Below are positions 12,264 through 22,903 of a stretch of DNA of 64,000 nucleotides, piece after piece. The stretch is taken from positions 65,989-129,988 of the forward strand of contig JBHHXT010000001.1 of NCBI GenBank assembly GCA_046757165.1, read 5' to 3'. The stretch is from a bacterium. Lineage in GTDB: Bacteria; Zhuqueibacterota; Zhuqueibacteria; Oceanimicrobiales; Oceanimicrobiaceae. Both the position numbers and the translations under genes were made by a program. Under the pieces are notes generated by a model. The model saw only the letters and a list, made by a program, of their open reading frames with translations, was not told where the DNA came from and made no database searches. Within the stretch, counting starts at the first letter, position 1. The number at the start of each line of letters is the position of its first letter.

Positions 12264-12818
12264 CTATACTTTCGGTAGTGTCACGCCCACCTGCCCCTGG
12301 TACTTGCCCTTCTTGTCACCATAAGAAAGCATACATTCCTCATCGCTTTCGAAGAACAGAATTTGAGCGATGCCTTCGCCGGAGTAGATCTTGGCGGGCA
12401 ACGGGGTGGTGTTCGAAATCTCTAATGTCACATGCCCTTCCCAGCCTGGCTCCAGAGGCGTTACGTTCGTGATAATGCCACATCTGGCATAGGTTGACTT
12501 GCCAAGACAGATAGTCATCACTTGCCTGGGAATTTTGAAGTACTCGATAGTGCGCCCCAAAGCAAACGAATTCGGCGGAATAATGCAAACCTCGCCCTTG
12601 AAGTCAACGAACGACTGCGGATCGAAATGCTTGGGATCCACGATAGTCGAATTCAAATTCGTGAAAATCTTGTACTCGTCAGCAATTCTAACGTCATAGC
12701 CGTACGAGGACAAGCCGTATGAAATCACGTTTTCACGCACTTGACTCTCAACGAAGGAGCGGATCATGTCCTCTTCTAACGCCATCTTTTTAATCCACTT
12801 ATCGGCTTTGATGGCCAT
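12264..12818 (-). CDS. dcd: dCTP deaminase
   Basis: [33 protein letters not shown]. Confidence 0.96.
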   Translation of the reverse strand: MAIKADKWIKKMALEEDMIRSFVESQVRENVISYGLSSYGYDVRIADEYKIFTNLNSTIVDPKHFDPQSFVDFKGEVCIIPPNSFALGRTIEYFKIPRQVMTICLGKSTYARCGIITNVTPLEPGWEGHVTLEISNTTPLPAKIYSGEGIAQILFFESDEECMLSYGDKKGKYQGQVGVTLPKV

Positions 12819-12871
12819 CGGCTCGACCTCCGTTACTCATTTTCGACTCAATCAAATCCTAACTTGACCTT

Positions 12872-13627
12872 TCAGCTACTTTTCGACTTCTTCAACGCAA
12901 GGTGAGAGACCAGAATGCTGATCTCGTAGAGCAAGACCAAAGGCACGGCCAGCAACAGTTGTGTCATAATGTCCGGCGGCGTAATAACGGCAGACAGTAT
13001 GACCATCACCACAATACCATGACGCCGGTAATGACGCAGAAAAGGCGGGGTGACCAACCCAATCTTAGTCAAGAAAAAAGACAGCACAGGCAGCTCGAAA
13101 ATCAACCCAAAGACCATGATGAGCATGGTGACAAACTGCAGATATTCATTGACAGAAATCGTCGCGATCATCTCCGCGGTTTCGAAGCCCAGGAGAAACG
13201 GCAGACCGTACCTCAAAACGACGAAATAGCAAAAGAGTGCGCCCATCAGAAAACAAAAAGTCGAAAAAAACACCACGATCGGCACATATTTTCTTTCCTT
13301 GGAGAGGAGTCCGGGCACAACGAACTGCCAGAACTGATAAAACACCACCGGCAACGCAATCATAAGACCAGAAAAAACAGACAGCTTCAGCCTTATCATG
13401 AATCCGCCGGTCGGTGTCAAAAAAATCAGCTTCTGGCTTTCGGGCTTGTTCAAGAACGCCATGGCGTCAGTATACGGGTTGACAAGTATCTTCAGAACCA
13501 GCTCAGAAAAAAAATAGATAACAATGCTCGCCACCACAATTGCGACGATAGATTTGATCAACCGCCATCTTAGCTCTTCGAGATGGTCCAGAAACGGCAG
13601 TTCCTTTTCGCTTTCCGTTGCATTCAT
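12872..13627 (-). CDS. tatC: Twin-arginine translocase subunit TatC
   Basis: FLDHLEELRWRL, FVVPGL..KE, FELP, ITPPD, LYEIS. Confidence 0.96.
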   Translation of the reverse strand: MNATESEKELPFLDHLEELRWRLIKSIVAIVVASIVIYFFSELVLKILVNPYTDAMAFLNKPESQKLIFLTPTGGFMIRLKLSVFSGLMIALPVVFYQFWQFVVPGLLSKERKYVPIVVFFSTFCFLMGALFCYFVVLRYGLPFLLGFETAEMIATISVNEYLQFVTMLIMVFGLIFELPVLSFFLTKIGLVTPPFLRHYRRHGIVVMVILSAVITPPDIMTQLLLAVPLVLLYEISILVSHLALKKSKSS

Positions 13628-13641
13628 AGCTAGCCCGACAC

Positions 13642-13682
13642 AAAAGAGCAGATAGTGACCAAAACCGTCAGGCTATCTGCTC
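13642..13682 (-). terminator. Hairpin/terminator between nrdR and tatC
   Basis: GAGCAGATAG...CTATCTGCTC 10-bp stem followed by TTTTG. Confidence 0.65.
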
Positions 13683-13714
13683 CAGAATTCCTTGATTGTG
13701 GTTCAAATTGACGT

Positions 13715-14164
13715 TTATTTCTCGAGTTCTTCCAGTTCGTTCAAAAACTCATTCTTGTCCTGGAAGTTGCGATAGACGGAAGCAAATCGAACATAGGCCA
13801 CGTCATCAAGCTCCCGCAGGAACTGTATCACCAACTCCCCGATCTCGCGTGACTTCACCTCGTCCTGCTGCTTATCACGCAAAAGACCCTCGATTTGGTT
13901 TACCACCTCCTCGAGCAAAGCCGTAGAGATCGGGCGCTTCTTACAGGCAATCTGCAGACTGAGCTTGAGCTTTTCATGGTCGTACGGCTGCCGACGCCCA
14001 TCTGACTTGACGACCATCAAGGGGGATTCCTCGATGTACTCCTTAGTCGTAAATCTGCGCTCACACTTTAAGCACTCCCGGCGTCTTCGTACACCCCGTC
14101 CTTCACTGATGGAACGCGAATCGATGACTTTGCTGTCCTCAAACTGGCAATATGGGCATCGCAT
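13715..14164 (-). CDS. nrdR: Transcriptional repressor NrdR
   Basis: MRCPYC..SKVIDSR..RRRRECLKC..RFTT, ATP cone, VAYVRFASVY. Confidence 0.97.
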   Translation of the reverse strand: MRCPYCQFEDSKVIDSRSISEGRGVRRRRECLKCERRFTTKEYIEESPLMVVKSDGRRQPYDHEKLKLSLQIACKKRPISTALLEEVVNQIEGLLRDKQQDEVKSREIGELVIQFLRELDDVAYVRFASVYRNFQDKNEFLNELEELEK

Positions 14165-14170
14165 GTGGGA

Positions 14171-15481
14171 TCATTCGTCTAGCTCATACAGTGGAAAACG
14201 CGCACAAAGCTCACGCACCTCAGCTTCCACAGCCGGACATTCCGAGTCATTGTCGATATCTGACAGGATTCGGTCGATCAACACCGCAATGTGCTCCATT
14301 TCCGCTTCTTTCATGCCGCGGGTCGTGAGCGCCGGCGGACCAATCCGAATGCCGCTGGTGACAAATGGACTCTGTGTGTCAAAGGGAACCATGTTCTTGT
14401 TGACCGTAATCCCGGCCTGTTCGAGCCGTGTTTCCGCTTGTTTGCCCGTCAGGCTTTTGTTTCTCAAATCGATCAGCATCACGTGCGTATCGGTGCCGCC
14501 CGAGACGATGTCATATCCGAGCTCAATTAGCTTATCCGCCAGGGCTTGTGCATTCTTGATCACCTGGGCTGCATAGATCTTGAAGCCCGGCTCCAAAGCT
14601 TCTTTGAAGGCAACGGCCTTGGCAGCGATGATGTGCATCAACGGTCCACCTTGAAAACCAGGGAACACATTCGAATCGATCACCTCGGACCACAGTTTGA
14701 CGCGGCCTTTGGGCGTCGCGAGGCCCAGATCGTTCTCACCATCTTTGCCAACGATGATCATGCCGCCGCGCGGGCCACGCAAGGTTTTGTGTGTCGTCGT
14801 GGTCACGAGGTGGCAGTGTGGCACCGGGCTCGGTAACAAACCGGCTGCGATCAAGCCCGCGGGATGCGCAATGTCTGAAATAAGATACGCGCCAACCCTG
14901 TCAGCGATGTCACGGAAGCCTTCATAATCAATCTCACGGGAATACGCGCTGGCCCCGGTGATGATCAACTTCGGTTTGACCGAATGCGCGATATCCTCAA
15001 CTTCATTCAGGTCGATACATCCAGTTGCTTTGCTGACGCCATAGAATTTAACATCAAAGATTCTGCCGGAGAAGTTTACCGGGCTTCCGTGCGTCAGGTG
15101 GCCTCCGTGCGACAAATCCATTCCCAGGATTTTTTCTCCGGGCTCGAGGAGGGCAAAATAGGCCGCAATGTTGGCCTGTGAACCGGAATGGGGCTGGACA
15201 TTGACATGCTCGGCGTCAAAGAGCTTCTTGGCTCGCTCGCGCGCCAACTCCTCCGCCACGTCGACAAACTGACAACCACCATAATAGCGTTTACCCGGAT
15301 AGCCTTCGGCATACTTGTTTGTCATCACCTGTCCCGCCGCCTGCAGCACAGCCCTGCTGACAAAATTCTCCGAGGCGATAAGCTCGAGCTTCTCGTTTTG
15401 ACGCCGGGTTTCGTTTACAATTGCTCTGTAAAGTTCAGGATCGCTTTTTTGTACTTCTTTCAAGAGTGCACCATCAATCAC
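14171..15481 (-). CDS. glyA: Serine hydroxymethyltransferase
   Basis: [33 protein letters not shown]. Confidence 0.98.
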   Translation of the reverse strand: MIDGALLKEVQKSDPELYRAIVNETRRQNEKLELIASENFVSRAVLQAAGQVMTNKYAEGYPGKRYYGGCQFVDVAEELARERAKKLFDAEHVNVQPHSGSQANIAAYFALLEPGEKILGMDLSHGGHLTHGSPVNFSGRIFDVKFYGVSKATGCIDLNEVEDIAHSVKPKLIITGASAYSREIDYEGFRDIADRVGAYLISDIAHPAGLIAAGLLPSPVPHCHLVTTTTHKTLRGPRGGMIIVGKDGENDLGLATPKGRVKLWSEVIDSNVFPGFQGGPLMHIIAAKAVAFKEALEPGFKIYAAQVIKNAQALADKLIELGYDIVSGGTDTHVMLIDLRNKSLTGKQAETRLEQAGITVNKNMVPFDTQSPFVTSGIRIGPPALTTRGMKEAEMEHIAVLIDRILSDIDNDSECPAVEAEVRELCARFPLYELDE

Positions 15482-16779
15482 TTCAACCGGGCATTGAGCG
15501 TTCTCCAGAAACTATCGCCGAACGCAGAATCAGGAATCCACGTGTAGCAATCCGTCTCCGGTCTCTTATCCCTTCGATGCATGAAAACATCCTCTTTCGT
15601 TGGCAAGACGGTTTGCAGGAAGCTAATGTGTCGTTCCGCCTCCTGTCTGAATTCCAGGTCCTGAAATGCCCTCCTGTATTGCTGTCGTGCTAACTCATAA
15701 ATCAGCTTGTCACTAAAATCCACCGAGCCATTTTTTTTGTTCACACATATTTCTGCGGACCCCTCGTACGCTTCACCCAGCACGATCCAGCCAAAGCCAT
15801 ACCGCCTGTCGACTCTCAACGCTTTGTTGGCGTACGTTTTTGCACTCTGAAAGCTCCCCAGCTCCTTATACCCGCGGCTGATCTCTGCCATCATTTTCTT
15901 GTTGTCCGGCTGCAGCGCGAGAATCTTCTTGAACTCCTTGATCGCCGCCTGCGTTTGCTCGAGGTTACGATAGGAATTGGCGATGTACTCGATGGCTGCG
16001 ACGTCACCGCCGGAGAGAGACAAAAACTCCTTGAACAATGCAATGGACTTCTCGTACTCTCCCTCACGGAAGTACAACTCTCCCAGCTCGTAGCGGACCT
16101 GGCTGTTTTCCGGATCCTGTTGTCGAATCACTTCTTTCTTTTCAATGAGACCACTGATGTCACCCGTGCGGCCGATCAGAGCGGCCTGATTGTTTTGAGC
16201 CTCGAGGTCATGCGGGTCGATCGCCAGAACACTGTCATATGCAGCAATCGCATCATCATCCCGGTCCGCTTTGGCATAAAGTGCAGCCAGTTGCTTCCAG
16301 TCATCTTTGCTCTCCGGTTCCTGCGCAACGACCGTCTCGTACTCGATGATGGCTTCATCCACTTGTTCTCTTTGTGCTTTCAGAAAACCAATCATCCGGT
16401 GCAAGTAGGTATCTTTGGGGTATTTTTCCAGGCCAGATTCAAAGACGAGCTGCGCGCTGTCGGGATTTTCTAACTTGAAATAGCTGTCGCCAAGATACCG
16501 GTACACTTTCGGAAACTTATCAATGGTGTCCAGCCTGGCCACCACCCAAAAGTATTTCGCGGCCCGGTCGTACTGCTTGTTTTTGTAATTCTCGTATCCA
16601 AAACTCCAATTCTTAGCCAATTCAAACATGTACTTTTTCTTGTCCAACTTTCCCTCCGCATCCCCGTTTTGAGCATAGGTGTTGGATGCAACGACAATCG
16701 TTGCAAAGAACCCCAGCCACAGGAGCGTTCTCATACTGTCGCGAGAGCGCTTTGCGAGCACACTTGCTTTTGTTTTCAC
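15478..16779 (-). CDS. Secreted tetratricopeptide-repeat protein
   Basis: Signal peptide ending TYA-Q, multiple TPR-like helical repeats; GTG start after GGGAGGT; stop overlaps glyA start. Confidence 0.85.
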   Translation of the reverse strand: MKTKASVLAKRSRDSMRTLLWLGFFATIVVASNTYAQNGDAEGKLDKKKYMFELAKNWSFGYENYKNKQYDRAAKYFWVVARLDTIDKFPKVYRYLGDSYFKLENPDSAQLVFESGLEKYPKDTYLHRMIGFLKAQREQVDEAIIEYETVVAQEPESKDDWKQLAALYAKADRDDDAIAAYDSVLAIDPHDLEAQNNQAALIGRTGDISGLIEKKEVIRQQDPENSQVRYELGELYFREGEYEKSIALFKEFLSLSGGDVAAIEYIANSYRNLEQTQAAIKEFKKILALQPDNKKMMAEISRGYKELGSFQSAKTYANKALRVDRRYGFGWIVLGEAYEGSAEICVNKKNGSVDFSDKLIYELARQQYRRAFQDLEFRQEAERHISFLQTVLPTKEDVFMHRRDKRPETDCYTWIPDSAFGDSFWRTLNARLK

Positions 16780-16866
16780 CGTAGATACCTCCCGGATTAT
16801 TTAAGTTCTATTTGCAGTGAAAATTGTCAACATGGATTTCAACGGAAAGGCATTATGTAAGCGTTT

Positions 16867-16895
16867 AGGATAGTAATATTTTGCCAAAAAAGCAA
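16867..16895 (-). promoter_or_regulatory. Putative sigma70 promoter upstream of TPR gene
   Basis: Minus strand TTGCTT-17 nt-TATCCT. Confidence 0.4.
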
Positions 16896-16914
16896 GCGAA
16901 TTGTTACATTTACT

Positions 16915-18132
16915 TTATCTGGGACCACCGCGATAAAACCAGCGTTCACCTACGGTAGCGCTTGCGGAAAACCGAATCACGTTCTCGCTCACCGGGTTGT
17001 CCGATAAGGACCCTCTCCTACCGAATTCCAGCGCAAGGTCCAGCCGGCCAGCGCTCCACTTGATAGGCAAGCCCAGGCCCACTGAACCAAACATCTCGGT
17101 GACGCGTTCGCCAACGGGATCCTCGAGCCCCAAATCCATGTAGTACACGCCTGCTCGCAAAGCAGTTCGGCTCCAGTAGGAGCTATTTACTCGGTTTCCC
17201 CGACCAGAGAATTCGAATCCCAGGCCAATTCGCCGGCTATCATTTGCATAGCCATCAAGATTCGAACCGCTCCACTGTTGGACGTAGTAGTCGGCCGCCA
17301 GCAGCAGCTTGCGGTTCAAAAAGAATGAGACACCAAAACCATACGCTTGCGGAACGTCGATGTCCTGGTCCTCGAGATCCGAAAACCTTCGAACATTCTC
17401 CAGGGTTACAGCTTTGTTTGTGTTCAATGTCACGGCCGGCGAATAGACGCCACCGATTCGAAAACCCGAAAGAATCTCTACCTGTGCGCCCACACGAATA
17501 CTTCCTGCCGTGAAGTTCTGAGAAACTTCCTGATGGGTGTTGAGCAACCCGGATTGGTCCCGGAATAAAACGCGCCAAATGCTGCGCAGGGAACCAAAGT
17601 AGAACAAGCCACTAACTCCGATAGAAACACGTCGGAATGGTCTCACAGCCATCGTCAAGAACGCCGTATTCACCCCGCCGTCCCCTTGCAAGATTTCTGT
17701 AAACGGTTCACCAGCTACGGCCCCCGAAGACTGAAAAGAGTATTCGATTTCACTAAAGGGAGTCAATCCGAGGGCAAGTGAGATTCTCTCTTTTCTCAGC
17801 GGAACATGGAACTGAACGCCGGCAACGTTGGAATTCGTAATCGCTGCTTTCTGACTCTCGCTAGACAGGTTAGCGGACTCATGCTTGAAATTACCCGAGA
17901 TAAACGTGACCGGCAAATTAACAAGCGCAGCCGGGTTTAAGTAGTTGAGCGTCAATTTGTCAGAAACAGCTAAACCCGCGCCACCCATGCCAGCGCTTTG
18001 TCCGCTGACAAAATAATGCACCAAACCGATTCCGCGCTGCGAATAGAACGACTGTGCGCTCGCGAGAGGTACAACGGCAATAATGCTTGCAACGGCCAGC
18101 ACGGTAGCCTTAAACTCGAGTCTGTTCATCAT
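16915..18132 (-). CDS. Outer-membrane beta-barrel, FadL/PorV-like (resembles Bacteroidota BAM-associated barrel)
   Basis: Signal peptide, SFYSQRGIG, GMGGAG...NPAAL, amphipathic strands, C-terminal ENVIRFSASATVGERWF. Confidence 0.8.
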   Translation of the reverse strand: MMNRLEFKATVLAVASIIAVVPLASAQSFYSQRGIGLVHYFVSGQSAGMGGAGLAVSDKLTLNYLNPAALVNLPVTFISGNFKHESANLSSESQKAAITNSNVAGVQFHVPLRKERISLALGLTPFSEIEYSFQSSGAVAGEPFTEILQGDGGVNTAFLTMAVRPFRRVSIGVSGLFYFGSLRSIWRVLFRDQSGLLNTHQEVSQNFTAGSIRVGAQVEILSGFRIGGVYSPAVTLNTNKAVTLENVRRFSDLEDQDIDVPQAYGFGVSFFLNRKLLLAADYYVQQWSGSNLDGYANDSRRIGLGFEFSGRGNRVNSSYWSRTALRAGVYYMDLGLEDPVGERVTEMFGSVGLGLPIKWSAGRLDLALEFGRRGSLSDNPVSENVIRFSASATVGERWFYRGGPR

Positions 18133-18149
18133 TATCCTTCAGAATCCTA

Positions 18150-19379
18150 TCAATTAGGGGCGGACGAAAACCGCACTTCGAGCCGAGGCGCCAAATCCGG
18201 ATCCGTTTGACTGGAGTGAAAAGCCAAACGCGTAATATCGCTGCCCGGACTTGTGGTTCTCAACAAAATACCATGATTTTCAACATCTTCAGTTACCCAG
18301 AATTGCACCAGGTTTGTGATCGTGATCTCGAGGGTGGTTGTCTGAGGGTTAGCGACAGCCGAGGTCAGGAACCCATCCGTTGCGATTTTCACTTCGCTTT
18401 CTGGCGTGAAGGGCTCCTCCAACGTATTGACTAAAAACGCGAACCCGCTGTTTTTGACGTTAGTGTTGCTCTGTATGACGTCTAATTTCAGCCTGGCCAG
18501 GTTTATGGTGGATTCTCTTGGAATCATAGAAAGGTCAAATTTGACGAAACTCTGATGCCCGAAGATGTTGTCGACATAAAGGGGGCCCTCGGGTAGCGGG
18601 ATCAGGCGATTGACAATATACGCATCAGCATCCGCGACTGAGACGATAGTCGTGTCGCCGCCCGCGCCACTGTCAGAGACCGCCAACTCTAGCCTTGGCT
18701 GAGTGATATTTCCATCCTGAGAGAAAAACTCCTTGATGAACCCACTGCTTTCAAAATCGATCAAAATCCCCAGCGTGTCGCTGCCCGCGGCCCAATCCCG
18801 CACAAGATTCTTGCCCTCCTCGCCAAACTCAAATCGAATGCTTTCGAAAAGAGAATCCACCGTGCCCACGCCCAGCGCAGTGGTAAAGATTTCGGCTTCA
18901 GCGATCGGCGTCGGGTCGAACGCATTGCCAAACTCCTCGTACGTGACACTCTTCTCATCCCAGGGGGCTGTCACCCGGTGAACAGTTGCCTGGAACGAAA
19001 ATTTCTCGCTGCCATCTGCATAAAACGTGTTGGTATTCAAGACAAGCTTGGCCCCTTGAATGACAACTGAATCCGGAACAGAGTTGAATCTCAACAGAAT
19101 CCGGGTCTCCAGGTCATCAAATTGGCCGAGCTCGAGAAAGAGACCGCTGCCTGTTGCGACAAGCGTGTCCTGCATGGTCTCCTCGCCAAGCAAGGTTGTG
19201 ATGGTCGTGCTGTCAACCACTCCTCTGTCCGCTGGATTCGAAAGCAAATCAAACCCATCTATCGGGTCATCTTGCTCGCAGCCTACAAAAGACCACGCTG
19301 ACAACATGACCGTTATCAATAAGCTCGTTCTTGTTACCCTGGACATCAACGATGTGATTCCTCTATTTAACAACCCCAT
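18150..19379 (-). CDS. Lipoprotein with two DNRLRE-like domains (DUF4270-like)
   Basis: Lipobox FVG-C followed by acidic EQDD; motifs HRVTAPWDE..VTY, KFDLS.IP..TINLARL, NHGILL..FHSS..PRLEV. Confidence 0.72.
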   Translation of the reverse strand: MGLLNRGITSLMSRVTRTSLLITVMLSAWSFVGCEQDDPIDGFDLLSNPADRGVVDSTTITTLLGEETMQDTLVATGSGLFLELGQFDDLETRILLRFNSVPDSVVIQGAKLVLNTNTFYADGSEKFSFQATVHRVTAPWDEKSVTYEEFGNAFDPTPIAEAEIFTTALGVGTVDSLFESIRFEFGEEGKNLVRDWAAGSDTLGILIDFESSGFIKEFFSQDGNITQPRLELAVSDSGAGGDTTIVSVADADAYIVNRLIPLPEGPLYVDNIFGHQSFVKFDLSMIPRESTINLARLKLDVIQSNTNVKNSGFAFLVNTLEEPFTPESEVKIATDGFLTSAVANPQTTTLEITITNLVQFWVTEDVENHGILLRTTSPGSDITRLAFHSSQTDPDLAPRLEVRFSSAPN

Positions 19380-19380
19380 T

Positions 19381-20640
19381 TCAATGATTTATGATGACAC
19401 CTGACTTGACCACTGTATGGACCAAGTTCACGCCAAAGTGGTATGGAATGTGTTTATGATTGGGAATGTCCCAGGTCACCAAATCAGCCTTCTTTCCTAC
19501 TTCCAGAGTTCCTAATAAGTTCCCACGGTCAAGCGCTAGCGCGGCGTGATAGGTTGCAGCCGTGAGGCCCTCAGCCGCCGTCAGACCCATGGCCAGGCTG
19601 GCAAGATTCAGCATCAACGGCATCGATTCGGTCATACATGAGCCCGGATTCAGGTCGGTTGCAACAGCCACTGGTAAACCGAGCTCCAGCATGGCCCGGG
19701 CATTCGCATACGTGCGCTTGCGGAGAAAATAAACAGCGCCAGGCAAAACTACCGGAACCACTTCGTTTTCAAGCATCTTTAGCCAATCCTCTTTGACCGC
19801 ATAGTCCAGATGGTCTGCTGACGTGGCACCCAGCTCGGCGGCCAGACACGTTCCTCCGATTCGCGAAAGCTGCTCAGCATGAATCTTGAGCTTTAGCCCG
19901 CGTTTACGAGCCGCTTCCAGGATCGTTCTGGACTCCGCGACGGAAAACACATGGGATTCACAAAAAATGTCACAAAACTCCGCAAGTTGCCGGTCTTGCA
20001 CCAGAGGCAACATTTCCTTGACCACCAATTCGACATACCCATTTTTGTCGTTGCGGTATGCATCCGGAACCTCGTGGGCACCCAGGAAGGTGGGGACAAG
20101 ATCGATAGGATGCGCCTGATGGAGCTCCGCGATAACCTCCAACATTTTGATCTCGTCTTCGACCGAGAGACCGTAACCACTCTTGGCCTCGATCGTCGTC
20201 GTTCCAAGAGAAAGAAATCTATCCAAACGGGGCCATGCTTGCGCCACCAATTCATCTTTCGAAGCCTTTCTCAAACTCCGGACGCTCGAGTGAATGCCGC
20301 CGCCGGCCAGGGTAATTTCCTCATAGCTCTTTCCCAAAGCCCGCATCTCGAACTCGTCTTCGCGCGTGCCATTGAAGATAGGATGCGTATGACAATCGAC
20401 GAACCCTGGAGTCACCGTTTTGCCGCAGGCATCGAGAACAGTGGCATTTCCACGAAGATCGAGCTGTGTTTCAACCTCCCTGGTTTCACCAACGGCGACA
20501 ATTCGACCCTGCAGCGCTGCCACGGCGCCACCGGTGATGGTAGCAAATGGAGCAGGAGAAAAAGATGGGGGCGCAAGCGGCGTCGCGACTTCAGCAGCGT
20601 TTTTGACCAGCAGATCGGCTTCGAGACGTTGCAAATTCAC
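19381..20640 (-). CDS. hutI: Imidazolonepropionase
   Basis: [38 protein letters not shown]. Confidence 0.96.
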   Translation of the reverse strand: MNLQRLEADLLVKNAAEVATPLAPPSFSPAPFATITGGAVAALQGRIVAVGETREVETQLDLRGNATVLDACGKTVTPGFVDCHTHPIFNGTREDEFEMRALGKSYEEITLAGGGIHSSVRSLRKASKDELVAQAWPRLDRFLSLGTTTIEAKSGYGLSVEDEIKMLEVIAELHQAHPIDLVPTFLGAHEVPDAYRNDKNGYVELVVKEMLPLVQDRQLAEFCDIFCESHVFSVAESRTILEAARKRGLKLKIHAEQLSRIGGTCLAAELGATSADHLDYAVKEDWLKMLENEVVPVVLPGAVYFLRKRTYANARAMLELGLPVAVATDLNPGSCMTESMPLMLNLASLAMGLTAAEGLTAATYHAALALDRGNLLGTLEVGKKADLVTWDIPNHKHIPYHFGVNLVHTVVKSGVIINH

Positions 20641-22304
20641 TCCTTTTCTTTCATCATGGGCAGGGTGACGCCCTTGTGGCGAGCGGTGCGGATGGCCTCA
20701 TCATAGCCAGCGTCAGCATGTCTGGCGATACCACTGCCGGGGTCATTCGTCAAGACCCGTTCAAGCCGGAGCGCTGCCTCTGCTGTACCGTCCGCCACAA
20801 TCACCTGTCCGGCGTGGATGGAGTTCCCGATACCGACGCCGCCGCCATGATGCACTGAGACCCAGGTCGCGCCAGATGCTGTGTTCAATAAAGCGTTCAG
20901 AATCGGCCAATCCGCGATGGCATCGGAGCCGTCTCGCATTCCTTCCGTTTCCCGGTTTGGCGAGGCCACCGAGCCAGTGTCGAGGTGGTCTCGTCCGATC
21001 ACGATTGGCGCTTTGATTTCACCGCTGGCGACGAGGTCATTGATTGCTAATCCAAACCTGGCCCGCTCGCCAAAGCCGAGCCAGCAGATTCGCGAGGGCA
21101 GCCCCTGAAACGGCACGCTTTCTCGCGCCAGTTTTATCCACCGGCTCAGGGCTTCATCTTCCGGAAAAAGCTCGAGCACGACCTCTTCTGTTTTGTAAAT
21201 ATCCTCCTTCTCGCCGGAGAGCGCGGCCCAGCGAAACGGTCCTTTCCCCTGGCAGAAAAGCGGACGGATGTAGGCCGGGACAAAGCCGGGAAAGTCAAAG
21301 GCATTCTCGAGCCCTGCCTTCTGAGCCTGGCCTCTCAGATTGTTGCCATAATCAAACGTAACCGCACCCATCTCTTGCAGAGTCAGCATGGCCTGAACAT
21401 GAGTCACCATCGACTCATAACTTCTCTTGATATACTCCTCGCGGTCGGAGCGCCGCAGGCGCAGAATCTGCTCGTAGGGTAGACCGGCGGGAACATAGCC
21501 ATTCAGCTCATCATGTGCCGAAGTCTGATCCGTAAGAAGGTCTGGCACAATTCCGCGACTCACCAACTCCGGCAAGACTTCGGCGCAGTTGCCGATGAGC
21601 CCGACCGAAACGGCCTCCCCCTGCTTTCTCGCCTCGAGAACAACGTCGAGCGCCTGGTCCAGATCGTGCGTCATCTGGTCGCAGTAGCCGGTCTTCACTC
21701 TTCTCCTGATACGCGCCTCATCCACCTCCACCCCCAGAAACGTTCCGCCGTTGATGGTGGCGGCTAACGGTTGCGCCCCCCCCATCCCCCCTAAACCACC
21801 GGAGACGACCAGCTTTCCCCTGAGGCTGCCGTCAAAGTGTTTCCTGGCAGCAGCAGCAAATGTCTCGTAGGTTCCCTGCAGAATGCCCTGGCTCCCGATA
21901 TAGATCCAGCTCCCGGCCGTCATCTGACCATACATGATCAGGCCTCGGTCTTCCAGATCACGAAATTTCTCAGAAGTCGCCCAGGCTGGCACCATCAGTG
22001 AATTGGCAATCAAAACGCGCGGTGAATAAGTGTGCGTCCTGAATACGGCGACGGCTTTACCCGATTGAATCAGTAGTGTCTCGTCGTTGTCCAGATGTTT
22101 CAACGTCTCGACGATTCGGTGGTAGCACTGCCAGTTGCGCGCCGCCTTGCCGGTCCCTCCATAAATGATCAGGCGGCCGGGATCCTCGGCAACCTCCGGA
22201 TCCAGGTTGTTCATCAGCATCCTCATGGCCGCTTCCTGACCCCATCCCTTGCAGGTCAGCTTCGACCCTCTTGGTGCTCTAATCGGTTTGCTCTCAGGTT
22301 TCAT
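20637..22304 (-). CDS. hutU: Urocanate hydratase
   Basis: [40 protein letters not shown]. Confidence 0.98.
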   Translation of the reverse strand: MKPESKPIRAPRGSKLTCKGWGQEAAMRMLMNNLDPEVAEDPGRLIIYGGTGKAARNWQCYHRIVETLKHLDNDETLLIQSGKAVAVFRTHTYSPRVLIANSLMVPAWATSEKFRDLEDRGLIMYGQMTAGSWIYIGSQGILQGTYETFAAAARKHFDGSLRGKLVVSGGLGGMGGAQPLAATINGGTFLGVEVDEARIRRRVKTGYCDQMTHDLDQALDVVLEARKQGEAVSVGLIGNCAEVLPELVSRGIVPDLLTDQTSAHDELNGYVPAGLPYEQILRLRRSDREEYIKRSYESMVTHVQAMLTLQEMGAVTFDYGNNLRGQAQKAGLENAFDFPGFVPAYIRPLFCQGKGPFRWAALSGEKEDIYKTEEVVLELFPEDEALSRWIKLARESVPFQGLPSRICWLGFGERARFGLAINDLVASGEIKAPIVIGRDHLDTGSVASPNRETEGMRDGSDAIADWPILNALLNTASGATWVSVHHGGGVGIGNSIHAGQVIVADGTAEAALRLERVLTNDPGSGIARHADAGYDEAIRTARHKGVTLPMMKEKE

Positions 22305-22353
22305 TTTGACCTCGAAAACAATCTATGCGTGAAATCGCCACCGCGAGAGAAAC

Positions 22354-22388
22354 AAAAAAAGCCGACTGTTGAAATGTTTACAATCGGC
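22354..22388 (-). terminator. Intrinsic terminator at end of alpha operon (after rplQ)
   Basis: GCCGATTGT-loop-ACAGTCGGC-TTTTTTT on minus strand. Confidence 0.85.
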
Positions 22389-22426
22389 CAATCAAAGTCA
22401 AACGCAAAACAGAACATATGCCCAAC

Positions 22427-22891
22427 CTACTGTTCGGTTTCTGTCCCCTTCTCCTTCTCTTTTTCCTTCTCCTTTTTCTTTTCCCTGGCACTCTTTTGCT
22501 CTTCCTTGGACCGTTGCTTTTCGAGCAGAACGCCTTCATATCCAACAAGCTCGAGCAAGGCCACCTCAGCGCCGTCCCCCCTGCGCCGACCAAGTCGAAC
22601 GACTCGTGTATAGCCGCCATTTCTATCTTGATAGGTGGGCGCAATGTCCTCAAACAAGGTTCTCACGACTCGCTTGTTGCGCACCGTGCGCAACACTTGC
22701 CGGCGGTCAGCAAGGGTTCCTCGCTTGGCAAATGTAATCAATCTTTCGACAAACCGTCTGATTTCCTTTGCCTTCACCGTCGTCGTTTTGATTTGCTTGT
22801 GCTCAAACAAGGCAGTTGCCACATTAGAAATGAGGGCCTTTCTATGACTGGCAGTTCTGCCAAGTTTCTTATTAACTTTCCTGTGGCGCAT
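22427..22891 (-). CDS. rplQ: 50S ribosomal protein L17
   Basis: MRHRKVNKKLGRTASHR, GGYTRV..RRGDGA. Confidence 0.98.
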   Translation of the reverse strand: MRHRKVNKKLGRTASHRKALISNVATALFEHKQIKTTTVKAKEIRRFVERLITFAKRGTLADRRQVLRTVRNKRVVRTLFEDIAPTYQDRNGGYTRVVRLGRRRGDGAEVALLELVGYEGVLLEKQRSKEEQKSAREKKKEKEKEKEKGTETEQ

Positions 22892-22903
22892 TCTCTTGTT
22901 CCT

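Noticed and set aside
12819..12871. NrdR box upstream of dcd or near nrdR
   Set aside because: No acaCwAtATaTwGtg-like palindrome visible in the nearby intergenic gaps.
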